Assembly: GCF_964194155.1 (NCBI RefSeq)
Contig: NC_135882.1
Coordinates: 76,570,001-76,634,000 of the forward strand
Source of the DNA: Cetorhinus maximus
Taxonomy: Eukaryota
Length of the DNA: 64,000 nucleotides
Reading direction: 5' to 3'
Made by a program: the position numbers and the translations under genes
Notes under the pieces: generated by a model
Told to the model about the DNA's origin: nothing
The model's database searches: none
What the model saw: the letters and a program-made list of their open reading frames with translations, nothing else
Part shown: in pieces, positions 25,747-39,005 of the stretch
Layout of the letters: each line of letters opens with the position of its first letter
Numbering within the stretch: the first letter of the stretch is position 1

Positions 25747-26140
25747 TGTCAGCTGTGGCTCATTTGGTAGCACTCTTGCGCAGAAGGTTCTGGCTTTAAG
25801 TCCCATTCTAGGACTTGAGTACAAAATCAAGGCTGGAACTCTGTAGTCATTCAGATGAGATGATAAACTGAGACTGCATCTGCCCTCTCAGGTGGCTGTA
25901 AAAGATCCTATGACACTATTTCAAAGAAGAGCCTGGGAGTTAACCCACTCTTCTGGCCAATATTTATCCCTCAATCAACATCACTAAAACAGGTTATCTG
26001 ATCGTTCTCACAGCAGCTCTCATATACAGAAATGTGTTTCCTCCATTACAACAGTGATTACTTTTCAATAGTACTTAATTGGCTGTAAAACGCTTTTGAG
26101 ACGTGGGGTGGTTGTGAAAGGCTATCAATAATACAACCTT
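25747..26140 (+). repeat. tRNA-head Deu-domain SINE (SacSINE1/DeuSINE-like) with L2-type tail
   Basis: Head gtcagctgtggctca..tggtagcactct; core tcagatgagatg.taaac.gag...tctgccctctcaggtgg.tgtaaaagatcc.atg.cactatttcaaagaagagc...tggccaatatttatccctcaa matches the Deu domain as recalled; partial relatives at about 37130-37310 and 40787-40895. Confidence 0.75.
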
Positions 26141-26763
26141 TTGAGATTACATTAATTAGCACATTTTAGAAATTGAACCTGCAGTCTCCTAGGCTAGTAC
26201 AGTTCATTAGATAAACTCAGTGAACCATTAGGAGAACCAGTAAGCATGATTTATTTAAATATAATTTACAGGCAATCATTGTAACTGCTATATAGTTGTA
26301 TAAAAATCTTGCATTTTTATCGAAATTTATAGCTTAAGCTTTCAATTTGGGTGCTGCAGAGATAGTTGAGACTGAAGTTGTGAACATTTATAAGAAAGAG
26401 GCTAGAAAAGTCCCATATGTGATCCCTGATTAATGGTGAATTAGCTGACCTAAGCCAGGGATGTGGTGAGAAGACAATGATTTGCCTAGATGTTCCCTGA
26501 ATTAGACGGAAGAAATTCCGGCTTCCACTCTGGTGGCAACTGCTGGAAAGTGTGCTTGTGAAGTTAGGCTTAATCTGTTGCCACTCTCAAAAATGGTTGT
26601 TGAGTGAGATATCAAAGGACTACCATCATCAATGGAGTGGTTTCCCAGTGTAACTCAGCACTTCCATTGGAAGAGATTTTTCAAAATAGTATACCTGATA
26701 GTTGGAACACTTAAGACAATTTTCTTTCTTGCTTTTCTTCCCCTCAACTTCTCTGAATTGTAG

Positions 26764-26911
26764 TGTTGAGGCAAGGTCAGGCTCTGAGTCCTGTGTATCG
26801 GTTTTCGTTATCTGATGGCACCATGGTTGCTGCACAAACCAGGAGCAGGCTTATGCGCACTCCAAATACCAATGAGCCTCAACATATCATGTCACTGCAT
26901 GTTGTTCAAAG
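26764..26911 (+). CDS. NCOA2: NCOA2 coding exon (PAS-B C-terminal part)
   Basis: ttgtAG|tg...caaag|GTaagc; [50 protein letters not shown]; 148 nt, phase 1 to 2. Confidence 0.95.
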
Positions 26912-27248
26912 GTAAGCAAAAAAAACCTCCATGTTGATTTAACTAACTTTATATATGCTACAAACCATTCAGTCAAATTTGTAACTTAAAATTTGTTTGT
27001 GCATTCAAATTAGAATGTGACAGTAGCACCAGAAGGATCCAATTTGATATCTTTATCATGAACTACAATGTGCCTGAGTCACTATTTTGGGTTCCGTATC
27101 AACCTGGTACCCATATGTAGATGTTACATTATCAATAACCCAGAGTGCCCCTTCTGCTACTCAATATCTAGCTTAACTGGAGCATGAGACAGAGTAATAG
27201 ACTCAAACTCAAAGACAGGCTCAGCCTCAGACTCTGAAACAGAGTGAT

Positions 27249-28035
27249 GGGGCTCAACGCTCCAGGCTGATTGACGACAGGCCGGGAGATGGAGGAGCTG
27301 GCAAAATGATGAAGGGGGTACGTGGGGAGGGGTCAGAGGTAAAAATTCCTTACTGGAACGGTCATCGCAACCCCCTCCCCCCCCACCACCTTCCCACCTG
27401 CACTATATTTAATTCAATATAGTCTGATTTTCTGTTATTAATATAGTTAAACCTAGCCTATTTTACCCATTTGCACTGAATGCTTTGGCCACTTTCTTAC
27501 CAATATGCCAGACCGACTTACTTTCCCCTCTGGACGGGGTGCCCATCATCTTCCCAGATCCACACCATATTGAGAGCAGCGGGAAAAATGGCGACTCAGC
27601 CAATTGAGCCACTAATTTGGTTAATTAAGGCCACTTCCATGTCAGGAGGACCTTTCGTGTAGTGAGACACCGGGTGAAATCTGGTGGTGGGGGGAGGCAC
27701 AACCCTCCTTTATGCCACTCCTTGGCTCATGGTGGGGGCCTGTCATGGCAATTGCAGCATTGGTGCTACATGCCCATCCCCAAACCCCCCAGGCCTGGTT
27801 TCCCCCAACTTGCGTCACCTTTCTTGGAGGGCACCCTGCCATTGAGGCGCATTCTCCAGGGAACTGCAGCTTCGGCAATGATCACTACCAGTGGTATTGC
27901 TGAATTGCTGCCCTTGATGGGGCTGACAGCTCTTGGGTAATGTGCTATCCTGAGTTACGTGGTTTGCTGAAGCAGAGTCACCTCCTGCTTTTGGCCCCAG
28001 TGGCATGACATGCCAGTGCGTGACAAAATTCAGCC
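27249..28035. mobile_element. Harbinger-like MITE
   Basis: GC-rich island ending aaaattcagcc (rc of the ggctgaatttt terminus); internal similarity to 14082-14715. Confidence 0.55.
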
Positions 28036-28839
28036 TGTAGCCTCACATTTAGACTCGTACTTAGTGACAGACTCTGGCTACATCTTGGCCTCCGCCTGAA
28101 ATAGTAACATAAAATATACAAATGAACAGAATACAGTTTTCAGTGAAATTGGGCAATATCCTATACTCCCACTTTCATGCACTCTTGACAGCTGCAGCAT
28201 AGACTTGCACTCAACCAAAGCTGTTCCAAAGTTTGCTGATTCTAGCTTTCGGTTATAACATTCTTGTGCTCGGCCATTCCATCTGTGTGCAAAAGATAAC
28301 GATGGCATTTTAAGACTGTAAAGGTGGTGTTCGGCCCACCAAGTTGTCAATCACCAAAAGTTCTAAATTCGACCCCCCTCAGCCCTTAGTATTGTGAGAA
28401 AACAATATGTCTCCTTGTTCAATTAACCCAGAAAGACTGGCTGTCAATGCTATGTATTGCTGTGTAGCAAGGCTGGTTGTGTTAAGATGCTAAATTTAGC
28501 ACTATAAAAATATTGTAATTTTTAAAAACCCAGTTGAGATAATATAATTCAAGACCAAGGCATTACATTCTGACTTTGATGGCTTGAACATTCTGCACAG
28601 CAACAAAGTATTTTAACTTTGAGATAAATTTCTATCAAAAAGCAGGATGATGCGTCCTAATATAATTGATTTAAATGATGAAAATCTGATATGGGCCGGT
28701 ATTGTTTTGGTCAAATTGTGTAAAATACAATTTTGAAAATACAAACACCTGGCCTTAAAAAAAAAATCACATTTTGATGCTATGCATTTCATATTTTCAT
28801 TTCAGTTGTATGATTTGTATATTTTGTTTAAAACTGCAG

Positions 28840-30118
28840 AGAACAAAATGTTTGTGGGATGAATCAGGAAGCAACTGGACAAGGAATGGTGAAACCTATG
28901 AATCCAAATTCCAGTGGTCCAGCCATGGCAAATGTTTCTGCTGCAGCAACTGGCCAAGAGATGACAATGAACAGCAATACAAGCTTTTCTATGAATGGCC
29001 TGAAGGAGCAAACAGGCATGGGACAAATGCCAGGAAACAGGTTTGTTACAGGTGGAATAAACCATGTATCAGGCATGCAAGCAGCCACTCCTCAGGGTAG
29101 TAACTATGCACTCAAAATGAACAGCCCATCAAGAAGTAGCCCTGGTGTAACTGCAGGGCAGCAGAATTCAATGCTTTCACCTAGGCATCGTGGAAGTCCT
29201 GGTATGGTTGGAAGCCCTCGCATCTCAACAAATCAGTTTTCTCCCATAGGAAACTTGCATTCTCCAGTGGGGGTTTGTAGCACCACAGGGAATAGCCATA
29301 GCTACTCCAGCAACTCCCTTAATGCACTTCAAGCCCTGAGTGAAGGTCATGTGGTATCACCTGAACTAAAAATGGTGACTTCACAAAATTCTCCTGGAAG
29401 CATGAATCCTTCACTGGTTAAAAAAGGGGGCATAGACTCCAAAGATTCTTTTGGATTGTTCGGTGAGCAAGTTCAACCAGAGAATGCATCTGGACAGTCG
29501 GAAAGTGGACTTTCTGGAGAGCAGAAAGATAGTAATGAAAGTAGTTTGAATCCATTTGGTGGCGGTGGAGAAAGGACTGATGGGCAAGGCAGAGGGCATG
29601 ATGGCAAAGGCCATACAAAACTCTTACAATTACTGATCACTAAATCTGATCAAATGGAATCTTCCCCCTTGGCAAGTACCACTGGGGATTCTGTTAAGGA
29701 CTCTACGGGAAATTCATCAGGACTACTGTCTACTTCAGCAGTGACATCATCCACAACCAACACCTCTTCATCACATGGGCCCTCGCTGAAAGAAAAACAC
29801 AAAATTTTGCACAGACTTCTGCAGGACAGCACTTCTCCTGTAGACTTGGCAAAGCTGACAGCAGAGGCCACAGGTAAAGAACCCAACCAGGACATGAGCA
29901 GTTCAATTCCTGGTGCAGAAATAACTGTTAAACAGGAGCAAATGAGCCCCAAGAAGAAAGAAAATGCACTACTTCGTTACTTACTGGATAAAGATGACAC
30001 AAGTATGCATAATATTAAACCTAAACTAGAACGGTTGGATAGCAAGTTGGATTCCTGCATGAGCACTAAAACAGCCATAAAGTCTGAGAAGGAGATTAAC
30101 TTTGAGCCATCTGAACAG
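28840..30118 (+). CDS. NCOA2: NCOA2 large exon: S/T-rich region and nuclear-receptor interaction domain with three LxxLL NR boxes
   Basis: ctgcAG|a gaa caa...gaacag|GTgatt; 1279 nt, phase 2 to 0; contains LLQLL (29621-29635), LHRLL (29807-29821) and LRYLL (29972-29986) in the NCOA2-typical contexts [13 protein letters not shown] and [18 protein letters not shown]. Confidence 0.98.
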
Positions 30119-31379
30119 GTGATTGTGATCATTTATACAGTTCAGCATTAAAATATGATGGTGATAATTTTTTGTAATCTTTAGTTTCTTGCTAAAGATG
30201 CATGATTCCACTGGTGAAATCTTTGTATTTGGGACTAATGGACAATACTTGCGCTAAAATGGGAAGTTTTGTGAACTATTAATATGTGCTTTGGACAATC
30301 CAACTTAGTCACTTAATTTCCATCAGGAGGTTAGACACAGATTGGATCACTGCAGGCATAATTAATTTCCCACACATAATCTTTTAGGGGATGGGAGTGG
30401 AAGACATTTTCCAGTATGAGAAAAAAATGATCCTTTTTTTTGAAATGAAAAAAGTTAAATATCTTTATCTGCTTGGGGAATATCTTGTCAACACTGTTCA
30501 GTACTTCAGCAATATTAAGTGATTTGGAGAATCACCTGGAGTTTCATACTCTTTTAAATGTATGATCTTCACTACTTTTTGAAAAAGGATGACCAGTATT
30601 GCTACTTGCATTAATGATATTCATGATATTTATATAGAAAATCTGCATTTCAATGTGTGTGGTGTTTAATTTTTGAAATAATCATTATCTCTTCAAATGC
30701 TAACTGTTTCCTAAGTGTATGGTAAAACATTTTATATACACCACAATATTTTATAGATTTTTAAAGTATTAATTCCCACACATGATCTTTGCAGTAGTTC
30801 TTTGTACAACTTAGATAATTAATGGCTCAAATTAATGCGAACCATGCTAACTGACATTCTGAGTTACAATGCCCCATGATTTCATTGCATTTAGTGCTGT
30901 CGGTTAGGTGCAAGCTTCAGGCAATGTTTCTTCCATCTCATTTTCTTCACCTTCACTTGAAAGGACTTCTTTTTCCTGTGATATGGCTCCACCTCACCCC
31001 CCACCCCAAAAAAAGACAGACCCCATTGCCTTACCCTGTCCTCAAAACAACTGAAACTTTGAGCATCAGCAGGAATATTAGCCAGCAGTGAGGTGAGAGC
31101 ATTATCAAATTACAGCTAAAGCCAGTTGTAGCTGTACCCAATATTCGTGCAGGGCTTACTGGATAGCGGTCAGGAGCAGGATCACTTGATGTTTTCCTTC
31201 CTCCTTTCCCTTACTGAGCTCGTGTATAATGAGGTCAATTATATCAGTTCTAGTTGCCATGACACATGGAAGACACTAGAACCAATGCAGAGAGGAGCCA
31301 AGAATGCTGATCCCCAAGCATCAAGTTTTCTGAGGCAAGACTGGAAAAACTTGTGTTTTTCAGCCTGGAATGGAAGCAT

Positions 31380-31670
31380 CTGATCAGTGATTTTATAAAG
31401 TTATTTAAGATGGGTGGAAAATATAAATCCGGGTTGTTAATGTAGTTAAATAGCAATAATAGTATATGGGGACATGGATCCAAGTCAGTAAGAGGACTGA
31501 TGCTAGGAAATCATTCTTTATACAAAGGGTGTTCAGCACATGGAATAGACTTCAGGAAGACCAGTTGAGGCAACTACCCTGGAACGTTTTAAACAATTGG
31601 CTGTTGAAATGGGGACCTTTCAAGATATAATGAATTTAGGTGGACCATTCGTTGTCCATTAATTTTCTTG
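31380..31670 (+). mobile_element. Decayed CR1 3' end
   Basis: GHG...RKSFFIQRVFSTWNRL resembles the CR1 ORF2 terminus. Confidence 0.55.
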
Positions 31671-31879
31671 TGATTCTGTTTGGTTGCCCCATCTGAGGTG
31701 AGCTAACTGAGTACTTGTTGGGAATTGAATCTGGGCCTTCTGGTCTTAGTGCCATATGAAGCAGAATTTCTACCTATTAACCAAGTATGGAGATTTCAAG
31801 TACATGATAACTGAGGAGTTTAGTTTGGCAGGACAGATTTATTTCATGCCTATAGTGTCTGCTCAAGTGCAGATCAAAA

Positions 31880-32200
31880 TAATTTATACTATATAGTGCT
31901 TTTAATATAATAAAATGTCCCAAGTCATTTCACAGGAGTGTTACGAAACAAAACTTCACACCAAGCCACATGAGATGTTAGGACAGATGACCAAAAGCTT
32001 GGTCAAAGGAGAAAATTTTATGGGACATCTTAAGGAAAGTAAGAGAGGCAGAGTTACAAAAAGGTTTAGAGAGGGAATTCTAGAGCTTAGGCCTTGGCAG
32101 CTGAAAGCACCATTACCAGTGGTGGAACAATTAAAATCTGGATGCTCCGGAAGCCATAATTAGAGGAGTGTACTAGGGCTGGAGGTAATTACAGAGCAAG
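31880..32200 (-). mobile_element. L2 3' end fragment
   Basis: Homologous to 13146-13450 (atatagtgc.tttaa..., gaccaaaagcttggt, gagggaattc.agagcttagg). Confidence 0.75.
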
Positions 32201-32689
32201 GTATAGAGATTTAGTGCAGCTTTTTGATACAATATTTGTATATTTAAAAAAAAGCAAAGTTCTACTCTTTACACAATAACATATCCAACTATAGCAGCGT
32301 ATAATGATCCTATTTAATATATAGTTATGGACAAGGCAAACAGCAAAACCCCTTTCCATCTCAAGTCAGAGTCCTGCTGGTGTAAGGACCCCCAAGTAGC
32401 CTCCAGGGGCCATCTTCATGTGTCACTTGGGTGGTGCACGTTGCCTATTCAACCATGGATGAAGGCATTTATCGAGCACAACTTAGCTGAGTCCAATCCT
32501 TATACATACTTTCCAACAAGGTCTGCTGGCTAGCAATTGGAAGTGGGCGGCCTGGTTAATTTTGCTCTCTTCAGCCTCAGTACCACAGCATGAACACTTG
32601 TCTAAGCTTTAGACAACAGATACATCCCTCACTCCATGCTAGGCAAATCTTTTTCCTTATAACCTTTGAGAGAGCTAAGTCTTAATTCA

Positions 32690-33190
32690 CCTTCCTCATC
32701 TATCTCTGCACCCTCACTTGCCCCACGTGCCATTGCCCTTCCTACTTCCTCCTATTATCTCTTGCTTTAAAGACATTGTAGCTGGTTTCCAGGTCATGGC
32801 AGCAAGCATTTTCTCAGTGGCAGCCCACGGCCCTCTCTCTAAGCCAGCAGCTCTCCTCCAGATATCCTTCCTTATTGCCACAAGTATTCCAGTGCTGCCA
32901 AACCCAAGATCACACTCACACATGGCCACACCCTGGATTCCTCCTCTTCTACTTCTCACATATCAAGGACTGCCTTTATAATTCTGCTGGTGTCTCCAGT
33001 GTATAGCCCTAAGCACTGGAATTTCCTCCCTTAACCTCTCCACCTCAATCTTCTTTTAACATCCTTCTTAAAACCTCTTTCTTTGACTAAGCCTTCTGAT
33101 GACCTGTCCTGTTATCCTGTTCTATGGCAGTCAATTTTTTGTTTTATTACCCGTACGAAGGTGCATTGGGATGTTTTTTCTATGTTATGA
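32690..33190 (+). mobile_element. Decayed L2 fragment including 3' end
   Basis: gccctaagcactggaatttcctcccttaacctctc...cttaaaacct.tttctttgac is the reverse complement of the L2 tail at 31880-32200. Confidence 0.55.
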
Positions 33191-34933
33191 GACAGTCTGG
33201 CATGTCAGTTGTTCTGTTGCACTGTTTTTGTATCTCTAATTTATCAGCCATAAATCAAAATGTCAAAGCCCATATTACTCCCAGACTCCTTTCTGTTTCT
33301 CCCCATGCTAATTCTTCTATTCCATTCATTTCAGTCTTTTATCTGCAGTAATTCTGCAAACTACAATGAAAACTAGGTAAAACTACAGTGTTAAATCTCC
33401 TGGCTGACTTTAAAAAGCATCTCATTCAGGGAGTTTGATTTTAAAAGTAAAATTTTGTTTTAAACAAAATCACACAGATTTCACAGTATTTTCTCTAAAG
33501 CCAAGTGTTGCAAAGTTTGCATTCTGTGGTTTTTGTTCTGCTAAGGTTATTAATAATATCACATTGCACAGTGTATACATTAGTCTCAAATTCGATTTGG
33601 ATCAAGCTTTGCTTTTTCACATCACATTTTATAGTGCATGATACTTCTGGTAATAGACTTCTACATGACAAGCCAGAGATCTAGTACAGCCCATATAATG
33701 AGTAGTCTCTACTGCTGATGATGCTGGCCTACATGCAGGGAGCTGAAAGCAAACATTAGCTTCATAATATGCTTTGAAATTTAATTTCAAGAATGTTGAG
33801 GTATGCTCATCGTCTGGCACTGTTTCAATCTGGTTGGAAATGTTAAACGAAAGCTGCTAGTAAATATAGTCAAGCTCTGGGGGAGGCGGTGGTAGGGAGG
33901 ATGGTCAGTAGAATATCCCATAGCTTCACGCTCAATTCACTTCTATCTGGTATTGTCAAACTATTGAATTAAAAGATCAAATAGGCCAATAATACTGTTG
34001 TGCTATCATTGAATAGTTTTTTTTTGTCATTTTTGTACAGGAGCTACCCTGCAATTAAATGCCTAGAAACTTCAGGTTAATTTGTCTTTAAAATGGAAAT
34101 AGTAACTGTTTTATGTAAATTGACTTTTTCTTCAAGATTCCTAGGTTCTTTTGCAACTGCTAGTTGCCATCTATTTTGATGGCTATTGGGTGATTTAGCT
34201 TGTAGGGAGTTGATTTGGCTGTTTCCTTTGAGTCCTCCAACTCTAGTCTGTCTGACATGATAGTTGAACTCAAACCCTGCCTGCATATACTAGTTGCAAT
34301 GTCCTTAGTACCATCCCTCTTTGGATTAACCTATTCAACACAAACGTGACACATCTGTCCTATGCAGCTTAGTTGTGTGCTGAGTTTACCAAGCTGAGTT
34401 ATAGAGATCAGGTAGCGAGTCTTGCTGTTGTCCTTTTCTGTGAAGGAAAAGCAAACACAAGAATTTTTTGGGATTTTGTTGATTTTATTAAGTTTTAAAC
34501 ATTTTAGTTTGATGTGGGGGAGTGCACAAATGAATAGTAAGGGTGGGGTTATTACACACCTCATTAAAAATGCCAATTATTTGAAATGTCACTGCAGCAG
34601 GAAACTCTCATTTGTAGCACTGGAGAATCTTTTTGATGATAATCGCAAACACAATTGTTCTTTACATCAGAAGAGATGACCAATTTAGGAATAATGAATA
34701 ATGGGAAAATAAGTAAACTAGTAATCTCTGGAAGCATTCACCATCCTGGCCTGGCTGCTGGCTGTTGCCCTTTCTTCATTGTTCATTCTGTGAACGACAT
34801 CCGCTCTTTTCTAGTTCATTGTTTCCTAGGAAGGGACTGAAATTCTGTATGTACCTGATGAGCATCCATACTAAATAATTCAATAACTTCCGAAGAAGGA
34901 GCCCTTGATACCTTAAATGTTACACCTTGTTAA

Positions 34934-35435
34934 TACAAACATACAAATTAGGAACAGGAGTAGGCCATTTGGCCCCTTGAGCCTGCGCTGCCATTCATGG
35001 CTGATATGATTGTGGCCTCAACTTCACATTCTACCGATCCCCGATAGCCTTTGACTCTCTTGTTAGACAAGAATCCATCTACCTCTGCCTTAAAGATATT
35101 CATTGACCCTTTTCTAGGAAAGAGAGTGACCAAGACTCATGACTCTCTGAGAGAAAAAATTGCTTCTCATCTCTGTTTTAAATGGGAGAACTGTATCCCC
35201 TAGTTCTAGACTCTCCCACAAGGGGAAACATCCTTTACGCATCCATCCTGTCAAGTGCCCTCAGGATCTTATATGTTTCGAGAAGATCACCCCGCATTCT
35301 GCTAAACGCCAGTGGATACAGGCCCAGCCTCTCCAACCTTTGCTTGTAAGATAAACCCCCCCTACCGCCCCATCCCGGGCATCAGTTAGGCGAACCTTCT
35401 ATGAACTGTTTCTAACGCATTTATATCTGTCCTTA
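34934..35435 (-). mobile_element. CR1 3' fragment
   Basis: Reverse complement of the CR1 3' end at 55370-55843 (FKAEVDGFLSNKRVKGY; aggagtaggccatt). Confidence 0.85.
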
Positions 35436-35669
35436 ATAGCTGTAAAATTTAGAAAAATATGTTTTCTATACAGTTAAATGTGATGTGAAATTGACTAATT
35501 CACATGCAAGTGGTTTTTAAATGCTGTTGAGGTTTTCTCTTTTGACTTGAAACTTCTGAGGTATATTTAATCAAAACATCCTAGTTGGAAATGTTCAGCC
35601 TTAAAGCTTAATAACACTTGAGCACACTTGCTACTTTTTCAGAATTTAGTCCTGAATTTTCCTCATGTT

Positions 35670-35920
35670 AAACATAACTTAAGAAATAGGAACAGGAGTA
35701 GACCATTCTGCCCCTGAAGCCTGCCCCGCCATTCAATAAGATCATGGCTGACCATCTTGTGTTTCGATTTCCACATTTCCATCTAACCCCGATAACCTTT
35801 GATTCCCTTGCCTAACAAGAATCCATCTACCTCTGCCTTAAAAATATTCAATGACCCCGCCTCCACCACCTTCTGAAGCAGAGAGTTCCAAAGTCGCACA
35901 ACCCTGCGAGAGAAAAAATT
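35670..35920 (-). mobile_element. CR1 3' fragment (second, independent copy)
   Basis: Shares aacaagaatccatctacctctgccttaaa and ggaacaggagtag.ccatt with 34934-35435. Confidence 0.85.
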
Positions 35921-38794
35921 TGAGCGTGAGTGTGTGTTCAGAAAAGAAATCTAAAAAAGCAGCGAACAATGATAAAATGTTACTGTTTATAAATTATCTT
36001 TACTTTGTTTTCCGTAAAGTAGTAGATTAAAAGTGTAAACACCATTCAAACTTGGAACCATTTTGAGCCAAGATGAGATTATTAAGAAACACAGTAGAAT
36101 ATCTGTTGTATATTTTGGTGCATTCAGACACAGATCTTAAACTTTACAGCTATATATTTCCAATATAATGTACATAGTTAAAATACTGAAAGGATAGAAC
36201 AAAATTGAGGTCAACAGGAGTACATGAATATTGTCTGACACTTCCTTTTACTTATTGCTGTTAATTTGCATGTGGCTGCAAGTTCTTCACAAAGATTTAT
36301 TTTGTCTCAATACCCCATCAAGACAGCCCTGGCATAGGGCTTATATAGCAATCTTTATTGAGACATGGTAATCAAAATCTACCTGAAAGTCCAAATATAT
36401 AATGTTGAATGAAATACCTGTATCCATCAACCTGGTGTCTTCTTCAAAGAATTTCACCAGGTTAAGACATGGTCTCTGTCTCCCTGATTTCCCCTCCTCT
36501 ATCAGGTTGGTTTGAATATATGACCAATGGCCTCACTTAACACAGCTCTATTTTTTTATGTAATCTTGGGTAGATGCTATCTGGATCACCAGCTCAATTT
36601 GATTTAACACTCCTTGTTCCCTTCAAGATCAGATCTAAATATTCACTCACCATTTTTGTTTCAACTGTACACCTTATAGGAATTGTGTCCAGTGGCAAAG
36701 TAACCACTTAGATCTCGACCATATCCTGGGAAACCCCTTATTTGCCGTGAAGAACCTTTTAACAGTCCATTATCACTCTCTGAAAGTTACTATTCCTACC
36801 AAAGTTATCCACAATTTTTTTTCTGGTGACCCTTTGACTGCTCTGATAGCACTTTTGCTACCTTAAGCTGAGCACGATGCCTATCCCCATTCCCTAGGAA
36901 TGTTGTCTGAATCTGTAATAATAATAAAGTCTGGCTCTTGCAAATGACCATTTAACCACCTTGGGTTTTACTGTGTGTCCTTTGCCTATTTGACCTTCTT
37001 TGCATGGAATGTCTTAAAGACATCCTATTTTTCACCTGAATTGTTGCTATCGCCAACTGTAGGGCTCCCAATTAAATGACTGAGTTCCTCTACCATTTTT
37101 GAAAATTTAGCTCTAGTATCCTGGCTGAATCTCAGCAGCCAGCACTACTGAAATGGGTGTCATTTAACTAATTTGTTGTTTATGGGAGTTTCCTGTCCAC
37201 AAATCAGCTACTGGGTAAATAATAACAATTGGACTTCAAAAGCAATTACTTGGCTGTGAAGCACTTTGGCATGTCCTGAAGATTTGAAAGCACAGTGTAA
37301 ATTGGCAAGTCCATTCCTTCCTTTAAAATAATTAAATATAATAATTTTATGAAGATTCTGATGGTAGGTTGTAGTGTTACACTGCCTGTGATATGCTCCA
37401 TGTCTTTCTATATTCTATTTGATGGGTGAGGAGAAGATCTTTTTCATGGAATCCACTGTTTCAATGCCAGCTTCAGTTTGACAATATATTTTAAAAATTG
37501 TAACTATTGTAAAGACTATTAAATGTCTGGCAGTGAGCTTAAGATGGTTGTACAATATTGGAGCTCTCTTTTTAATTGCTATTAGTTTATGAACCCATCA
37601 ACATGGCTTGGTCTAATTAGTGCCTTACACTGTCAACCATCTAATGTCCTGTCTGAAAATATACATTTAAAATATTGAAGTATAATATATGCAACTAATT
37701 GAGGTTTCCTGTAAGGGGTTGTAGCAATATCTAGGTGACAGCTGTTTGTCCTTAGTCATAAGCCTAGCACTTGTGCATTCTAGTATTATAAATTCAATTT
37801 TTAATATCTCATCAGACACTCAGCATCTTGAAACAGAAAATAATTGTACTGTGAAACTAAGCAAAATAATTGTCAAAATTCATTATGCTGTTTATACTAA
37901 CAATTTTGGTTACCTGATGGTGAATTGAAAGGAACTAACCCGGCCAAAATATTGTATTAAATTGTGAAAAATGTATATTTATGATGTGTGAAACTCAAGA
38001 TTGGATTACTCTATGTAATTCGCTAAGGGTTATTTATTTTTAACTGATTTCCAAGAGTGCAAAGTTGCAACCAATTGAAATATATTTTCTAAATTCTTAA
38101 CAATACTAAATATTATTCTTGAAATATAAGCAACCTTAATGATATGTGGCAAGGTGAGTTTTTCATAGTCATTATACTCCATGTGCTTCTGAACTGTTTC
38201 CAGAGGAAATCCAAGATTATCGCATCTCCAGGTACATTCACTACAAGAGCTTTACACTCTTGATTTGGGTTGGTATGCATCTTGTTTGGATTGAAGTTCA
38301 CTGACAGTCACTGGCAGATAGCTGTTCTGCTGATTTGGTGGGTATATACACCTAATAAACAGCATTAATCCCAAGACCCTCCTTTCAGCCAGTGCTGAGT
38401 TAATTGATCTCAGCCAGAGTGCTGCAGTTTCCTTAGGTGATGGAGGGAAATAACCTGAGTTCTCGTTTCCTATCTAGTCACCCAGGCTACAGTTTGTGTA
38501 TGTGCATGAACTGATGATGGGGATCAGACTTGACTGAAGAGCCCTCCATCGTCTAACAATGGCCAGATTATCACATGTATTGGAGGGTTCATGATGCCTA
38601 AGAAATTTTAGCCCAGGGAAAGTTCATACCTTCAGCAAAGAAGGAAGAGCGCTGAGGTTGGATAGGATGGGGCAGGGGCGGCAAGGGGAATTTTAAAAAA
38701 AGGCCATCGTACTTAATTAGTTTCTGCGCAAATCCACTGATTGGGCTTGAACACAAAATTGACGGGTGGTAATTGGCCTTGTTGTTGACAGCAG

Positions 38795-39005
38795 ATCAGC
38801 AGTGACTTGGATAACTTAGAAGAAATTCTTGATGACCTGCAGAACAGTCAGTTACAGCAGCTTTTCCCAGACACGAAGACGGCACCTGCCAGCGGACCAG
38901 TTGACAAACAGACCATCTTCCAAGACCTTCTCCAAATTGGCAATGAAAGTGTCTCTGCACCACCTCTTGGAACACAAAACCCATTACCCGGGATGTTACA
39001 GAACA
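38795..39005 (+). CDS. NCOA2: NCOA2 coding exon (post-NID; [16 protein letters not shown])
   Basis: gacagcAG|atc...aaca|GTaagt; [27 protein letters not shown]...; 211 nt, phase 0 to 1; alternative start 38792 via tandem CAGCAG. Confidence 0.93.

Noticed and set aside
25747-25815. tRNA gene
   Set aside because: It is a degenerate tRNA-derived SINE head that continues into a SINE body; no intact cloverleaf.
28859-30151. 430-aa ORF as a standalone single-exon gene
   Set aside because: It is the large internal NCOA2 exon; splice sites at 28840 and 30118 join in phase with the neighbouring exons.
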